Counted from the first letter of the stretch, positions 19,150 through 29,738 are shown. The stretch is DNA of 64,000 nucleotides from Candidatus Latescibacterota bacterium (GCA_965219455.1 OZ244744.1:1152001-1216000), one strand, 5' to 3'. Program-made: numbers and translations. The notes: generated from the sequence alone by a model not told the origin.

Positions 19150-20334
19150 ATGGCGCATCTATCCCTCTTCTTCGCTCTAGTCATCGCCGCCGCGCCCGCC
19201 CTCGCGGCAGACATGGGACCCAACGACGTTCGGGCTTTCGACACGCCCAACGACCAGGGATACAGCATCACGCTCACCTGGCGGCGGATTGACTTCCTGC
19301 CGGACAGCGCGCGCTATCGCATCAGCGTCTCCGAATCGGTGGACGGCCCCTTCTATGACGTCGCGGAACTGGATCCGAAAACGGCTCCGACGATGGCCGA
19401 AGAGCCGGCCACGTTCGGCAGGGGGAAAGAGAGCCGCAATCGTCACTTCGTCCATATCGATTCCTACCTCGTTCCGGACAGACTCGACCGGATCAGGCTC
19501 GAAAACAACCGGCCCTACTTCATTCGCCTCGAAATCCACGGTGTGGGCCATACCGTTGTCGAGGTGCAGGCCCACGGCAACTATTTCAACTGGACCAAGC
19601 TCAATAATTTCGTATTGGCCGCGCTCTTCTCCATTATGATCCTCTTCTATATCCGAGTTGCCCGCCGCAAGAAACTCTACATCCGGCGGCTGGCCGGCCT
19701 GGACGCCCTGGACGAAGCTCTCGGCCGGGCAACCGAAATGGGAAAACCGGTGCTTTTCATCCACGGCCTGCAGGATATGGGCAGCCCCTCCACCATTGCC
19801 GCCGTGAACATTCTCGGCCAGGTGGCAAAAAGAACCGCCGAATACGATACCCAGCTCAAGGTGGGCAACCGGGATCCGATTGTTATGTCCGTGAGCCAGG
19901 AAGTGGTCAAGGAATCCTGCATCGAAGCCGGGCGGCCGGACGCGTTCAACCCGGACAATGTCTTTCTGGCGGCTGCGGATCAGTTCAGCTACGCGGCCGC
20001 GCTGGACGGCCTGATGGTGCGGGAGAAGCCGGCGGCCAATCTTCTGATAGGTTATTTCTACGCCGAAGCTCTGCTCCTGGCGGAAACCGGCTCCACGACC
20101 GGCGCCATTCAGATCGCCGCGACCGATGCCTATACGCAGCTTCCGTTCTTTATCACGACCTGCGACTATACCCTGATGGGGGAGGAACTCTACGCCGCCA
20201 GCGCCTATCTTTCCAGAGATCCCAAACTTCTGGGAAGCCTGAAGGGACAGGACCTGGGGAAAGGCATCCTGATCCTTATTCTGGCGCTCGGTTCTTTACT
20301 GGCGAGCATCGGCTTTTGGCCGATCCTGGGCTGA
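19150..20334 (+). CDS. DUF6754-like membrane protein with signal peptide and FN3-like extracytoplasmic N-domain
   Basis: Signal peptide; DTPND.G.SITLTW; TM helix; IRRLAGLDALDEALGRATEMGKPV; QLPFFITTCDYTLMGEELYAASAYLS; C-terminal TM. The DUF number is from recall. Confidence 0.82.
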   Translation: MAHLSLFFALVIAAAPALAADMGPNDVRAFDTPNDQGYSITLTWRRIDFLPDSARYRISVSESVDGPFYDVAELDPKTAPTMAEEPATFGRGKESRNRHFVHIDSYLVPDRLDRIRLENNRPYFIRLEIHGVGHTVVEVQAHGNYFNWTKLNNFVLAALFSIMILFYIRVARRKKLYIRRLAGLDALDEALGRATEMGKPVLFIHGLQDMGSPSTIAAVNILGQVAKRTAEYDTQLKVGNRDPIVMSVSQEVVKESCIEAGRPDAFNPDNVFLAAADQFSYAAALDGLMVREKPAANLLIGYFYAEALLLAETGSTTGAIQIAATDAYTQLPFFITTCDYTLMGEELYAASAYLSRDPKLLGSLKGQDLGKGILILILALGSLLASIGFWPILG

Positions 20335-20362
20335 CGACGTTGGTAAAGCGTCGACGTCTCAG

Positions 20363-20485
20363 TGTTCTTTCCAAAAAATACGTCACCAATCATCCGCCTG
20401 TGTGCGTGCAGGTCTTCCGCACAGGCAGGCCGGTTCATCCCGTCTCGGCGGCCGAATTCAGGCAATCCATTTCCGGGACAGAACA
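20363..20485. mobile_element. MITE family B (inverted relative to 9843-10003) carrying an internal REP
   Basis: Ends tgttctttccaaaaaata / atttccgggacagaaca; flanks TCAG/CCAG; internal ggccgaattcaggcaa shared with the other copy. Confidence 0.78.
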
Positions 20486-20515
20486 CCAGCCGCCATTTCG
20501 CACGGAGAAAACCGA

Positions 20516-21172
20516 ATGTATTTCCTGCAACGCACCCTGCCTCTGCTCGTGGCCTTTGTAGCAGGTGTCATCGGCATTTTCACCTACTATATTCCGGTTG
20601 CCCAGCCGGTTGAGATCACAACCTCCACCTGGTACCGGATCATCGCAGCCTTCGCCCTGTTCCTGGGCATCCACAGCCTGTTGCAGATGCATTGGAACCG
20701 GGTCAAACGCAAACAGGCCGGGTGGGCCTTCAGCGCAGTTGTTTACATAGGTTTTATCGTCACAGCCATCCTGGCCCTCTACAACAATGGTCGGGGACCC
20801 CTGCAGCCATTGGCGCAGGGCGACGGCCTGGATCTGAACTGGATGTATACCCACATCCACGTGGCCGGCGGGGCCACGATGTTCTCTCTCCTCGCCTTCT
20901 TTATCGCTTCCGCCGCCTACCGCACGTTTCGCGCCCGGTCGGCCGAGGCCGCTGTACTCCTTGTTGCAGCCGTGCTCGTCATGCTGGGCCGGGTACCCAT
21001 CGGCGCGCTCATCTCGGAACACCTCCCGACCGTCTCCCAATGGCTGATGGCCACACCCAACCTGGCCGCCCGCCGCGGCATCCTGCTGGGCGTGAGCCTC
21101 GGCGCCATCGCCACGGCCCTGCGCATCATCTTCGGCATCGAACGATCCTATCTCGGAGAGGAAGGAAAATGA
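20516..21172 (+). CDS. Conserved multi-pass membrane protein of the DUF6754 cluster
   Basis: ATG 20516 with SD ggag; about six TM; ATMFSLLAFFIASAAYRTFR and R.IFGIERSYLG motifs. Confidence 0.85.
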   Translation: MYFLQRTLPLLVAFVAGVIGIFTYYIPVAQPVEITTSTWYRIIAAFALFLGIHSLLQMHWNRVKRKQAGWAFSAVVYIGFIVTAILALYNNGRGPLQPLAQGDGLDLNWMYTHIHVAGGATMFSLLAFFIASAAYRTFRARSAEAAVLLVAAVLVMLGRVPIGALISEHLPTVSQWLMATPNLAARRGILLGVSLGAIATALRIIFGIERSYLGEEGK

Positions 21173-21996
21173 TCGAGCGCCTTCTGAACATCGACCGCCG
21201 CATCGTCTACCTTGCCGTCTTTCTGGCTGTATGCATTCCTCTGCTTATTGGCTTCGAACTGCCGATCAAAGCAACACCCAACGTCCGCGCCGTCTACGAC
21301 ACCGTGGATAGCCTGGCCGGAAAACCGGATGCCGTCGTACTCATCTCCTTCGACTACGGCCCCAGCTCACAGCCGGAACTCCAGCCCATGGCCCTGGCCA
21401 TTCTGCGCCACTGCTTCAGCCGGAATATCCGGGTGGTGGGCGTGACCCTTATCACCGAAGCCGTGGGGCTGGCGATGCAGGCTTTTGAGACGGCGGCGGC
21501 GGAATACGGCCGGGTTAACGGTACGGACTATGCATTTCTCGGTTTCAAGGCCGGCGGTCCGATCCTGATCCTGAGCATGGGGCAGGATCTGCACGGCGCA
21601 TTTCCCGAAGACATCCGGGGTGTTGCCGCCACCGAAATGCCCCTCACCCGCAATCTGCGCTCGCTGAAGGATTTTGATTACGTGATTGACCTGGCCGCCG
21701 GGTTTCCCGGCGTCGACGAATGGATCGCGTACGGGCAGGAACGATACCGGTTCCCCCTCGGCGCCGGATGTACCGCCGTGATGGCGCCGGATTTCTTTCC
21801 CTTTCTTCAGTCCCGGCAGCTCAACGGTCTCATCGGCGGGCTCGCGGGCGCCGCGGAATACGAAGCCCTGGTGGGCAAGCGAGCGCTGGCTGTCAGCGGC
21901 ATGCGCCCCCAATCCGTCGCCCATATGGTCATCATCGGGTTTATCCTGCTCGGCAACGTCGTCTACTTTTTGCATCGCGGCGCCTCACGCTCGTAA
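21169..21996 (+). CDS. Membrane-anchored alpha/beta protein, probable distant paralog of the DUF6754-like gene
   Basis: ATGA overlap at 21169; IDRRIVYL TM; SFDYGPSSQPEL; GLIGGLAGAAEYE; C-terminal TM ending LLGN. Confidence 0.85.
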   Translation: MIERLLNIDRRIVYLAVFLAVCIPLLIGFELPIKATPNVRAVYDTVDSLAGKPDAVVLISFDYGPSSQPELQPMALAILRHCFSRNIRVVGVTLITEAVGLAMQAFETAAAEYGRVNGTDYAFLGFKAGGPILILSMGQDLHGAFPEDIRGVAATEMPLTRNLRSLKDFDYVIDLAAGFPGVDEWIAYGQERYRFPLGAGCTAVMAPDFFPFLQSRQLNGLIGGLAGAAEYEALVGKRALAVSGMRPQSVAHMVIIGFILLGNVVYFLHRGASRS

Positions 21997-22209
21997 GAAG
22001 CTGTTTTAAAATTTCCGGTGAGTTCCCGCCGAGCGCGAGCGAAAAAGTGGCGGTTATGAGGCGCGAGGGGCGCGCAGCGCCGGCGGGAGAATCCGGCTAT
22101 GAGAGGCGAGCGAGCGCAGCCTCGACCTCGTAGGACGGGTGGGTTTGACCAACGCCGACCGGCGCTTTTGCAGCCGCGCGAAGACCGCTGGGGATTTTAA
22201 AACAACTTC
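21997..22209. mobile_element. MITE (family C) with IS5-family-like ends and a TAA target duplication
   Basis: TIRs gaagctgttttaaaat / attttaaaacaacttc; TAA on both sides, the left one being the upstream stop codon. Confidence 0.82.
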
Positions 22210-22224
22210 TAAAGGGACACCGGC

Positions 22225-22968
22225 ATGGACAGAGAACGCATCGTCTTCCCGATCTTCATTCTGCTTTTTGCGGCGGTAAACGGGTATCTGCTGGCCGTCG
22301 GCGACCTGGATCAAAGCTGGTCGGGGTTCGGGATTATCCTTGCCGCAGGTGTCACGCTCGCCCTTTACAGTTTTTTGTATAGGGACAATCCGCTCTTTAA
22401 GCTGGCCGAGCATCTCTACGTCGGCGTTGTTGCCGCGTACGAACTCGCTCTGGTCTGGTATCAGAGCATCCTGTTGGACGTCATCAACCCCCTCTTCCGT
22501 CCGCCTCCCGGGGCAGGCGTCAAATGGTGGGTGATCGTTCCCACCTGCCTCGGTCTATTTCTGATGACCCGTTTATTCGGCCGGGCGGTCTGGCTCAGCC
22601 GCATCTCCTTTGCCTTTTTCGTTGGGCTCGGCGCCGGCCTGGCCATCCCCCGGCGCGTCGCCTCCTTCGTCATCGAGCAGATCGAACCCACAATCCTTCC
22701 GTTTTCGAAGGCATCGACGGACTTCGGATGGGCTGTACTGAACCCGGCGATCATCCTGATCGGCGTGTTGAGTGTACTCATTTACTTCTATTTCTCCGTC
22801 GAGCATAAGGGTGTTGTGGGCGGAATCTCCAGAGTAGGCATCTGGTTCCTCATGGTCTCATTCGGCGCTTCTTTCGGTTATACCGTGATGGCGCGCATTT
22901 CTCTGCTCATCGGCCGCGTGAATTTTCTCCTGGAAGACTGGCTGAACCTGAATCCGCCGCTTTTCTGA
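22225..22968 (+). CDS. Conserved multi-pass membrane protein of the DUF6754 cluster
   Basis: [20 protein letters not shown] and [22 protein letters not shown] motifs; about seven TM. Confidence 0.85.
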   Translation: MDRERIVFPIFILLFAAVNGYLLAVGDLDQSWSGFGIILAAGVTLALYSFLYRDNPLFKLAEHLYVGVVAAYELALVWYQSILLDVINPLFRPPPGAGVKWWVIVPTCLGLFLMTRLFGRAVWLSRISFAFFVGLGAGLAIPRRVASFVIEQIEPTILPFSKASTDFGWAVLNPAIILIGVLSVLIYFYFSVEHKGVVGGISRVGIWFLMVSFGASFGYTVMARISLLIGRVNFLLEDWLNLNPPLF

Positions 22969-23071
22969 TCCGGCGGAACCAGTTGATTTCCCATCAGATG
23001 CGTCCCATTCGGATCCGCGCATTTGCCCGGTTCGCGGCGCATTTGGAAACATTCAACATAGGGTCGGCACT

Positions 23072-24070
23072 ATGTCGGAACCTATTTTGACCGTTGAAGA
23101 TCTAAGAACGTACTTCCATACGGACGGCGGGGTCGCCAAAGCCGTGGATGGGGTCTCCTTCACTCTGAACAAAGGGGAAACCCTGGGCCTGGTGGGAGAG
23201 TCCGGATGCGGCAAGAGCGTCACGTCTCTGTCGATTATGCGTCTGATACCCGAACCACCGGGTGAAATCGTCTCCGGTCAGATCCGGTTCAACGGACGGA
23301 ATCTTCTGAGTCTGGAAGAAAGGGCGCTCCAGGGGGTAAGAGGCAACGACATCGCGATGATTTTCCAGGAGCCGATGACCAGCCTCAACCCTGTCTTCAC
23401 CTGCGGAGACCAGATTGACGAAGCCGTTATGCTCCACCAGCGTCTTGGCAGGCGCGCCGCCCGGGCCAAGACCGTGGACATGCTCGATCTGGTCGGCATT
23501 CCGGATCCCGGGCAACGGGCAAACGAGTATCCTCACCAGCTTTCCGGCGGCATGCGCCAGCGGATAATGATTGCCATGGCCCTCTCCTGCAATCCGGAAC
23601 TGCTCATTGCCGACGAGCCCACCACGGCGCTGGACGTGACCATTCAGGCCCAGATTCTGGAACTTCTGGACCGGCTTCAGAGAGAATTGGGGATGGCCGT
23701 CCTGATGATTACCCACGACCTCGGCGTCATCGCGGAAGTTGCCGACCGCGTGGCGGTCATGTACGCCGGAAAGATCGTGGAAACCGGAACGGTGGATGAA
23801 ATCTTCGCCGACCCCCGGCATCCCTACACGAGAGGATTGCTGGAATCCATTCCCACACTCAACGAAGAGAAAAGCCGGCTATCCGTTATCCCGGGCACCG
23901 TGCCCGACGCGACTCGTTTTCCCGCCGGATGCCGATTTGCACCCCGGTGTTCGCTGGCGGAGAACATATGTGAAGCGAACGAGCCGCTCCTGGAACCGAC
24001 CGCCTGCAACCGCCACGTGGCCTGCTGGATGGTCGAAGATTATCCTTCTTCGATGACGCGATCGGATTGA
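23072..24070 (+). CDS. oppD: Peptide ABC transporter ATP-binding protein
   Basis: [32 protein letters not shown] and a Cys-rich C-terminus. Confidence 0.95.
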   Translation: MSEPILTVEDLRTYFHTDGGVAKAVDGVSFTLNKGETLGLVGESGCGKSVTSLSIMRLIPEPPGEIVSGQIRFNGRNLLSLEERALQGVRGNDIAMIFQEPMTSLNPVFTCGDQIDEAVMLHQRLGRRAARAKTVDMLDLVGIPDPGQRANEYPHQLSGGMRQRIMIAMALSCNPELLIADEPTTALDVTIQAQILELLDRLQRELGMAVLMITHDLGVIAEVADRVAVMYAGKIVETGTVDEIFADPRHPYTRGLLESIPTLNEEKSRLSVIPGTVPDATRFPAGCRFAPRCSLAENICEANEPLLEPTACNRHVACWMVEDYPSSMTRSD

Positions 24071-24071
24071 C

Positions 24072-25061
24072 ATGTCCAAACCACTGCTCGAAGTCCACGG
24101 GCTTAAAAAACACTTCCCCATCACCCGCGGGATTTTCTCCCGGACGGTCGGCTACGTAAAGGCCGTAGACGGGGTTTCGTTCACCGTTCGCCGGGGCGAA
24201 ACCCTGGGTCTGGTGGGAGAATCCGGATGCGGCAAAACCACCGCCGGAAGAACGATCCTCCGGCTCATCGAGGCCACCGAGGGTCGCGTACTGTTCAATG
24301 GCGTTGACGTCTTCGGCCTTAACGGCTCCGAACTTCGCGCCGTACGGCGCCGTATGCAGATCATATTCCAGGACCCCTACAGTTCGCTGAACCCCCGTAT
24401 GACCGTGGGGGGAATGCTGGCCGAAGCGCTGAAAATCCACAAACTCACCGATGGAAGCGATACGCGGGAGAGGGTTTCCGAACTCCTCGACACCGTGGGC
24501 CTCCGACCGGACTATGCCCGCCGGTATCCCCACGAATTCAGCGGGGGCCAGCGTCAACGCATCGGCATTGCGCGGGCGCTGGCGGTGAATCCGGAATTTA
24601 TCGTTGCGGACGAACCCGTTTCCGCCCTGGACGTTTCGATTCAAGCCCAGATCATCAATCTTCTCCAGGATCTTCAGGGCCGGTTCGGCCTCACCTTCCT
24701 CTTCGTCGCGCACGATCTGAGCGTTGTCAAACACATTTCCAACCGAATCGCGGTGATGTACCTCGGGCGTATCGTGGAAATCGCCGACAGCCGTACCCTC
24801 TGCAGCGATCCGCAACATCCGTATACCCGGGCGCTGCTCTCGGCCGTTCCCGAGCCGAATCCGCGTGTCAAGAAGCAACGCACGGTACTCACCGGCGACG
24901 TACCCAGCCCGGCCAATGTTCCTTCCGGCTGCCCCTTTCATCCGCGCTGCCCCGAGCGTGAAGACGCATGCACAAAGATCGTGCCGGAACTGCTTGAAAT
25001 TAATGGGAACCACAGCGTCGCGTGCATTCTGCGGACACGGCAACACCTCCCAACCGCCTGA
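24072..25061 (+). CDS. oppF: Peptide ABC transporter ATP-binding protein
   Basis: [28 protein letters not shown] and GCPFHPRC motifs. Confidence 0.95.
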   Translation: MSKPLLEVHGLKKHFPITRGIFSRTVGYVKAVDGVSFTVRRGETLGLVGESGCGKTTAGRTILRLIEATEGRVLFNGVDVFGLNGSELRAVRRRMQIIFQDPYSSLNPRMTVGGMLAEALKIHKLTDGSDTRERVSELLDTVGLRPDYARRYPHEFSGGQRQRIGIARALAVNPEFIVADEPVSALDVSIQAQIINLLQDLQGRFGLTFLFVAHDLSVVKHISNRIAVMYLGRIVEIADSRTLCSDPQHPYTRALLSAVPEPNPRVKKQRTVLTGDVPSPANVPSGCPFHPRCPEREDACTKIVPELLEINGNHSVACILRTRQHLPTA

Positions 25062-25220
25062 TTTTGGAACTGTTCGTTGTCTTTGGACGTCTATTTATAT
25101 ATTTTATAGCCGAACCGCGACCGGCGTGCGCACGACGAGGTTGTTCACCCGCGCCCAGGCGCAACGTCCAGCTTCCCGACGGCCGTCCAATCCAACCACC
25201 GAAGTCCAGGAGAAGCAATT

Positions 25221-28200
25221 GTGACCCGATCCACGATCCTTTCCATCAGCATTTTCAGCGCGGTTTTAATCACTGTTTCGTCCGGTGTGCCATTCCCTAC
25301 CGACGCCCAGCAGATCCCCAGAAGGTTCAAACAGGGTCCAAACGTGGACATTGCCGACGTGCCTTTGAACCGCACCATGCCCGATTACACATGGGAAAGG
25401 CACGAGCGTCATTTCTTCCCGGCCCTGCTCGGCCTTCACGTGCCAGGCGCCCGTGCAATCCGCACCAGGTACTTCTCCATCTACTACGCGGAGGCGGAGA
25501 ATACGGCCCGTCGCATCGCGGAAATTGCGGACGATACCTTTGAGAAGATTTCCCGCCACTACCCGGGTTCCATAGAACGCTACGCCCCGATTCACGTGGT
25601 CGTTTCCGATATAGACATTCTGGGCAACGCCTCTTCCTTCTACCTGGGCAATATCATTTCGTTCGGGGCCACGCCCCTCAACTGGGACTCGCGAGGTACC
25701 CACGATTGGGTGCGCGACGTCTTCACCCACGAACTCACCCACCACATCACGCTCAAATCCTCGCACAACAGCCTTCCCTTTGTATTCGGCCTGCTGGGGA
25801 GCAGCCGTTCCAACCAGAATCCGGACTTCGGCTTCTTTCTGCCCCTTTACCACTCCGCGATGCCGAACTGGTACGCCGAGGGCATCGCCCAGTTCGAATC
25901 CAGAAAGTACGGGGGAGACCTCTGGGATACCCACCGGGATATGCTCCTGCGGATGGCCACGCTTGAAGACGACCTGCTTTCCTATACGAACATGGGCGTG
26001 TTCGGAAAGGACGGCTTCAAGTCGGAACAGGTCTACAACCAGGGCTATGCCTTCCTGAATTACCTGGCCGACACCTACGGTCCGGACTCGGTACGCGCCA
26101 TGTCCCGTGACCGGCCCATTTTCAACTTCAAATCCGCCGTCAAGAAGAGTACCGGGATTTCCGCACCCACGTTGTACGACGAATGGACCGAACATCTCGA
26201 TACCAAATACGGCGCCCTGGCCGATTCCATCCGTGCTTCGGGAGAGCGGGAGGGCGAACTGCTCTCCGACCGGGGCGACGTGGAACACTTCCCCACGTAC
26301 TCACCCGACGGCACGAAAATGGCATTCATCAGCAACGAGGGTAGCGACTACGCGATTATGGAAATGCTGGTGTTGGATCTGACCACGCGAAAATTGACGA
26401 AGGTGGCCAGAAGCCGAAAATACGGGAAATACGTCAACCTGCCCTTCTCCTGGACACCCGACGGAAACAGCCTTGTATATAGCAAATCCACAGGGGGCAA
26501 CTGGGACATCTTCATATACGATCTCATCACGCGAAAGGAGCGTCGGCTCACCGTCGGCCTGAGAGGAAGAGACCCCGCGGTGTCTCCCGACGGCACGAAG
26601 ATCGCCTTCGTGGGCAATCGGGACGGGACCTCCAACCTGGGCATTGTGAACATCGATGGCACAGAGGTTCGCTATCTGACCAACAACAACAACGGCACGC
26701 AATATTACACGCCCCGGTGGTCGGAGGACGGCAGCAGACTCCTTTTCAGCATCTTCCGCGGGGAAGACCGGGACATTGCCGTCATCAATACGGATGCCAC
26801 GCCGCGACCGAAAAAAACCGATAAGAAGAAGACCGAGAGAGCCGAGTTGGCCGAGCGCATCGCCGCAAGGAAGAAAGCCGAAACCGGGGTGGACAGCGCC
26901 CGGGCGGAGGCGGACAGCCTCGCGCTGGCCGAAGCCGCCAGTCGGGACAGCATGGTCGCCTTTCCCGACAGCCTGGCCTATGCCAACAACGCGGGCTTCG
27001 AGGTGATCGTCAATACCCAAGCCGATGAACGCGACGCGGTCTGGCGGCCCGGCGGCGGAGGTATCGTGTACGCATCCGACCGGACGGGCATCTTCAACGT
27101 CTACGCCCGTGACCTCGCGACGGGCAGGCAGGAACAGCTCACGAATGTCATCGGCGGCGCCTTTTCGCCCTCGGTCTCGCCCAGTGGCGACGAGATCCTT
27201 TACTCCGGCTACCACGCCGCGAATTACAACATCTACCGCGTCCGGAAATCCAGTGCCGTGGCGGCTGCGCCGGCAGATTCTCTGGTGCGGGACTATCGCA
27301 GTATATACAAAGGCAAAAAAATCGGTGACCTGTTCAAAACCGGCCGGTACGTCCCTCGTCTGGCCTCCATCGGCGTCGTGCCCATCGTCGTGCTGGGACC
27401 GACCTTTATTGGCAACCGGTTCGGCCTGGATCAGCTCAGTATGGGCGCCGAAGCCGCATGGGGAGACCTCCTGGGGAGCGACAATATCTACGCCGGCTTC
27501 ACGGTGGGCAAGAATCTGAAGAAAGGCGTGGATCTCAACTCGAATTTCTCCGCGTTCTATACAAAAGGCCTGCCCGCCGTCCACACCGAAGACCGGACAT
27601 ACGCACCGAGGTTTTTCATTGGCGCCAGCCAACAGACCATCAACAGCGAGATCAATCGAGGTATCGTGAACTCCCGCCGGGACACCACCTCGGGCACGTT
27701 GCAGATGGTGATCGACGACACACTCCGGCTGGTGCCGGGGGTCACCAGTTTTACCAACCTCTCGCTCACCCAGGAAGACAGGTACAAGAACCTGTTCAGC
27801 GATTTTGTGGTCGGCGTTGAAACGAGCATCGGCAGGCGACAGGTGCTTTCCATGACCTACGGCCGTCGGCAGTACAAGGAGAGCACCCACACGAGACAGG
27901 TCATCCTGGACAGCACGAGGCTGGTTCAGAACAGAAGCGGCGTCATTACCGATATTACCGACCAGATTCCCGGCCTGGGCGAAGATGAGGTTGTATTCGA
28001 CGATTTCCTCTACCGGGATCTCAGCTTTTTCAAAAGCAACGACCTCACCGTCGGATGGCGATACTTCAATTTCCTGCCCGCAAAAGATATGTTCGTGAAC
28101 CCGTCCCGGGGCAGGGCGATCACGTTGAGATACCGGCGTATCAACGCCTCCATTGCCGACTCGCTCTACCAGACCCAGTTGAATCAGGACGGCGTTGCCG

Positions 28201-28787
28201 CACCGACTTACCGGTCCGATCAGGCCAAACTGGGTATCAACGAATACGTTGTGTCCTGGAATGAATTCATCGGCCTCCCCGGTCGAGCCACACTCGCCCT
28301 ACAGGCTTTCCTCGCCTACAAAGACAAACCCATTAAGGACGTCCAGGAGAACACCACGGCCGCGGAAGGCGTATTCTATTATCCCCTGCGGTACTATCTG
28401 GGCGGAATTGGCACGCTCAGAGGATATCCGTATTTTTCCACGTCCGGCGGCAAAGCCCTGCTTGCGAGGGCCAGCCTGACTTTCCCGATATTCAAGAATG
28501 CGGCGAAAGAACTGCCGCCCTTCCATTTCGATAAAATCTACGGCACGCTCTTCGTGGAAACCGGCGCCACCGGCAATTTCAAAAGCCTGCGCGCGTTTCT
28601 CGATTCCGACGACAGGTTCAAACGCTCCGCCTTCCTGACCGACTGGGGTTTCGAGCTACGTATGCAGGTGTTCAACAACTACAGACTTCCCATGTACGGC
28701 TATTTCCAGATTGCCTTTCCCACCCGCCACCGCATTCAGGGCGTCGACATAGACAAGAGCCGCATCTACTTCGGGTTGACAATCTGA
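25221..28787 (+). CDS. Exported protein: gluzincin (HELTH) peptidase domain, TolB/PD40 beta-propeller and C-terminal Omp85/BamA-like barrel
   Basis: Signal peptide; HELTH...WYAEGIA; repeated P.(W/V)SPDG; YLGGIGTLRGY loop; terminal strand IYFGLTI. Confidence 0.8.
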   Translation: MTRSTILSISIFSAVLITVSSGVPFPTDAQQIPRRFKQGPNVDIADVPLNRTMPDYTWERHERHFFPALLGLHVPGARAIRTRYFSIYYAEAENTARRIAEIADDTFEKISRHYPGSIERYAPIHVVVSDIDILGNASSFYLGNIISFGATPLNWDSRGTHDWVRDVFTHELTHHITLKSSHNSLPFVFGLLGSSRSNQNPDFGFFLPLYHSAMPNWYAEGIAQFESRKYGGDLWDTHRDMLLRMATLEDDLLSYTNMGVFGKDGFKSEQVYNQGYAFLNYLADTYGPDSVRAMSRDRPIFNFKSAVKKSTGISAPTLYDEWTEHLDTKYGALADSIRASGEREGELLSDRGDVEHFPTYSPDGTKMAFISNEGSDYAIMEMLVLDLTTRKLTKVARSRKYGKYVNLPFSWTPDGNSLVYSKSTGGNWDIFIYDLITRKERRLTVGLRGRDPAVSPDGTKIAFVGNRDGTSNLGIVNIDGTEVRYLTNNNNGTQYYTPRWSEDGSRLLFSIFRGEDRDIAVINTDATPRPKKTDKKKTERAELAERIAARKKAETGVDSARAEADSLALAEAASRDSMVAFPDSLAYANNAGFEVIVNTQADERDAVWRPGGGGIVYASDRTGIFNVYARDLATGRQEQLTNVIGGAFSPSVSPSGDEILYSGYHAANYNIYRVRKSSAVAAAPADSLVRDYRSIYKGKKIGDLFKTGRYVPRLASIGVVPIVVLGPTFIGNRFGLDQLSMGAEAAWGDLLGSDNIYAGFTVGKNLKKGVDLNSNFSAFYTKGLPAVHTEDRTYAPRFFIGASQQTINSEINRGIVNSRRDTTSGTLQMVIDDTLRLVPGVTSFTNLSLTQEDRYKNLFSDFVVGVETSIGRRQVLSMTYGRRQYKESTHTRQVILDSTRLVQNRSGVITDITDQIPGLGEDEVVFDDFLYRDLSFFKSNDLTVGWRYFNFLPAKDMFVNPSRGRAITLRYRRINASIADSLYQTQLNQDGVAAPTYRSDQAKLGINEYVVSWNEFIGLPGRATLALQAFLAYKDKPIKDVQENTTAAEGVFYYPLRYYLGGIGTLRGYPYFSTSGGKALLARASLTFPIFKNAAKELPPFHFDKIYGTLFVETGATGNFKSLRAFLDSDDRFKRSAFLTDWGFELRMQVFNNYRLPMYGYFQIAFPTRHRIQGVDIDKSRIYFGLTI

Positions 28788-28868
28788 TTTTTGTGGCGGT
28801 GCGGAAGTCCGGGATGCTTATCGCCCGGACTTTAATCCCTGCGCTCCGACCTCTGAGCCCTCACCCCT

Positions 28869-29738
28869 ATGCGTCCACTCATACAGTCCCTGCGACCGCA
28901 CCAGTGGATAAAGAGCGTGTTCGTGCTGGCCCCGCTGGTCTTTTCGGAACACTTGCTCGACGGGCGCTACCTCTTGCGCAGCGGGGGCGCATTTGTCCTC
29001 TTCTGCCTCATTTCGAGCGCCGTATACCTTCTGAACGACATTCGGGACCTCGAATCCGATCGTCGACACCCCGAAAAACGTAACCGGCCGGTTGCGGCAG
29101 GTCGGTTGGGCACCGGAGCGGCGGGGATTGCGTCCGCAGTTATCGCCCTGACGGTTCTACCGTTGGCTTTTCTGCTCAGCATCCCCTTCGGATGGATCCT
29201 GCTGGCCTATGGGCTGATGAACGTCGCCTATTCATTGTATCTGAAACACGTCGTCATCCTGGACGTGATGATCATCGCTTCGGGATACCTGTTGCGAGCC
29301 ATCGCCGGCGCCCTGGCCATCAACGTGGAGATTTCCTCGTGGCTTATCCTTTGCACCGTGTTACTGGCGCTTTTTATGGGGTTTGTCAAACGCCGTCAGG
29401 AATTGATCCTCCTGGAGTCCGGAGCGGCCGGACATCGCCGCAATCTGGATGAATACACGCCGCGGTTCCTGGACCAGATAATCGCCGTCGTGACCGCCGG
29501 CGCACTCGTTTCATACGCGCTGTACACCATGTCGCCCGACGTCGTACAGAAACTCGGAACACCGCATCTCAATCTCACCATACCCTTCGTGATCTACGGG
29601 CTTCTGCGCTACCTCTATCTGGTCTACGCGAAGAACCAGGGCGGCAATCCATCCTCAACCATTCTGGGCGATCCATCGCTGCTGATCAACGGCGGCCTCT
29701 GGTTTCTTGCCGTTTTCGCCCTGCTCTATTTCAAATAA
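28869..29738 (+). CDS. UbiA-family prenyltransferase (decaprenyl-phosphate phosphoribosyltransferase-like)
   Basis: LRPHQWIK, YLLNDIRDLESDRRHPEKRNRPVAAG, YS..LK and KRRQE motifs. Confidence 0.9.
   Translation: MRPLIQSLRPHQWIKSVFVLAPLVFSEHLLDGRYLLRSGGAFVLFCLISSAVYLLNDIRDLESDRRHPEKRNRPVAAGRLGTGAAGIASAVIALTVLPLAFLLSIPFGWILLAYGLMNVAYSLYLKHVVILDVMIIASGYLLRAIAGALAINVEISSWLILCTVLLALFMGFVKRRQELILLESGAAGHRRNLDEYTPRFLDQIIAVVTAGALVSYALYTMSPDVVQKLGTPHLNLTIPFVIYGLLRYLYLVYAKNQGGNPSSTILGDPSLLINGGLWFLAVFALLYFK

Noticed and set aside
20402-21168. ORF-track N-terminal extensions (20402, 20692; likewise 13414, 10888, 30760, 51508, 54114)
   Set aside because: They run through MITEs or upstream genes; downstream starts with an SD or stop/start overlap fit better.
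22982-23057. Imperfect long hairpin upstream of oppD
   Set aside because: Single copy, no T-tract and no known motif; cannot be supported as a regulatory element.
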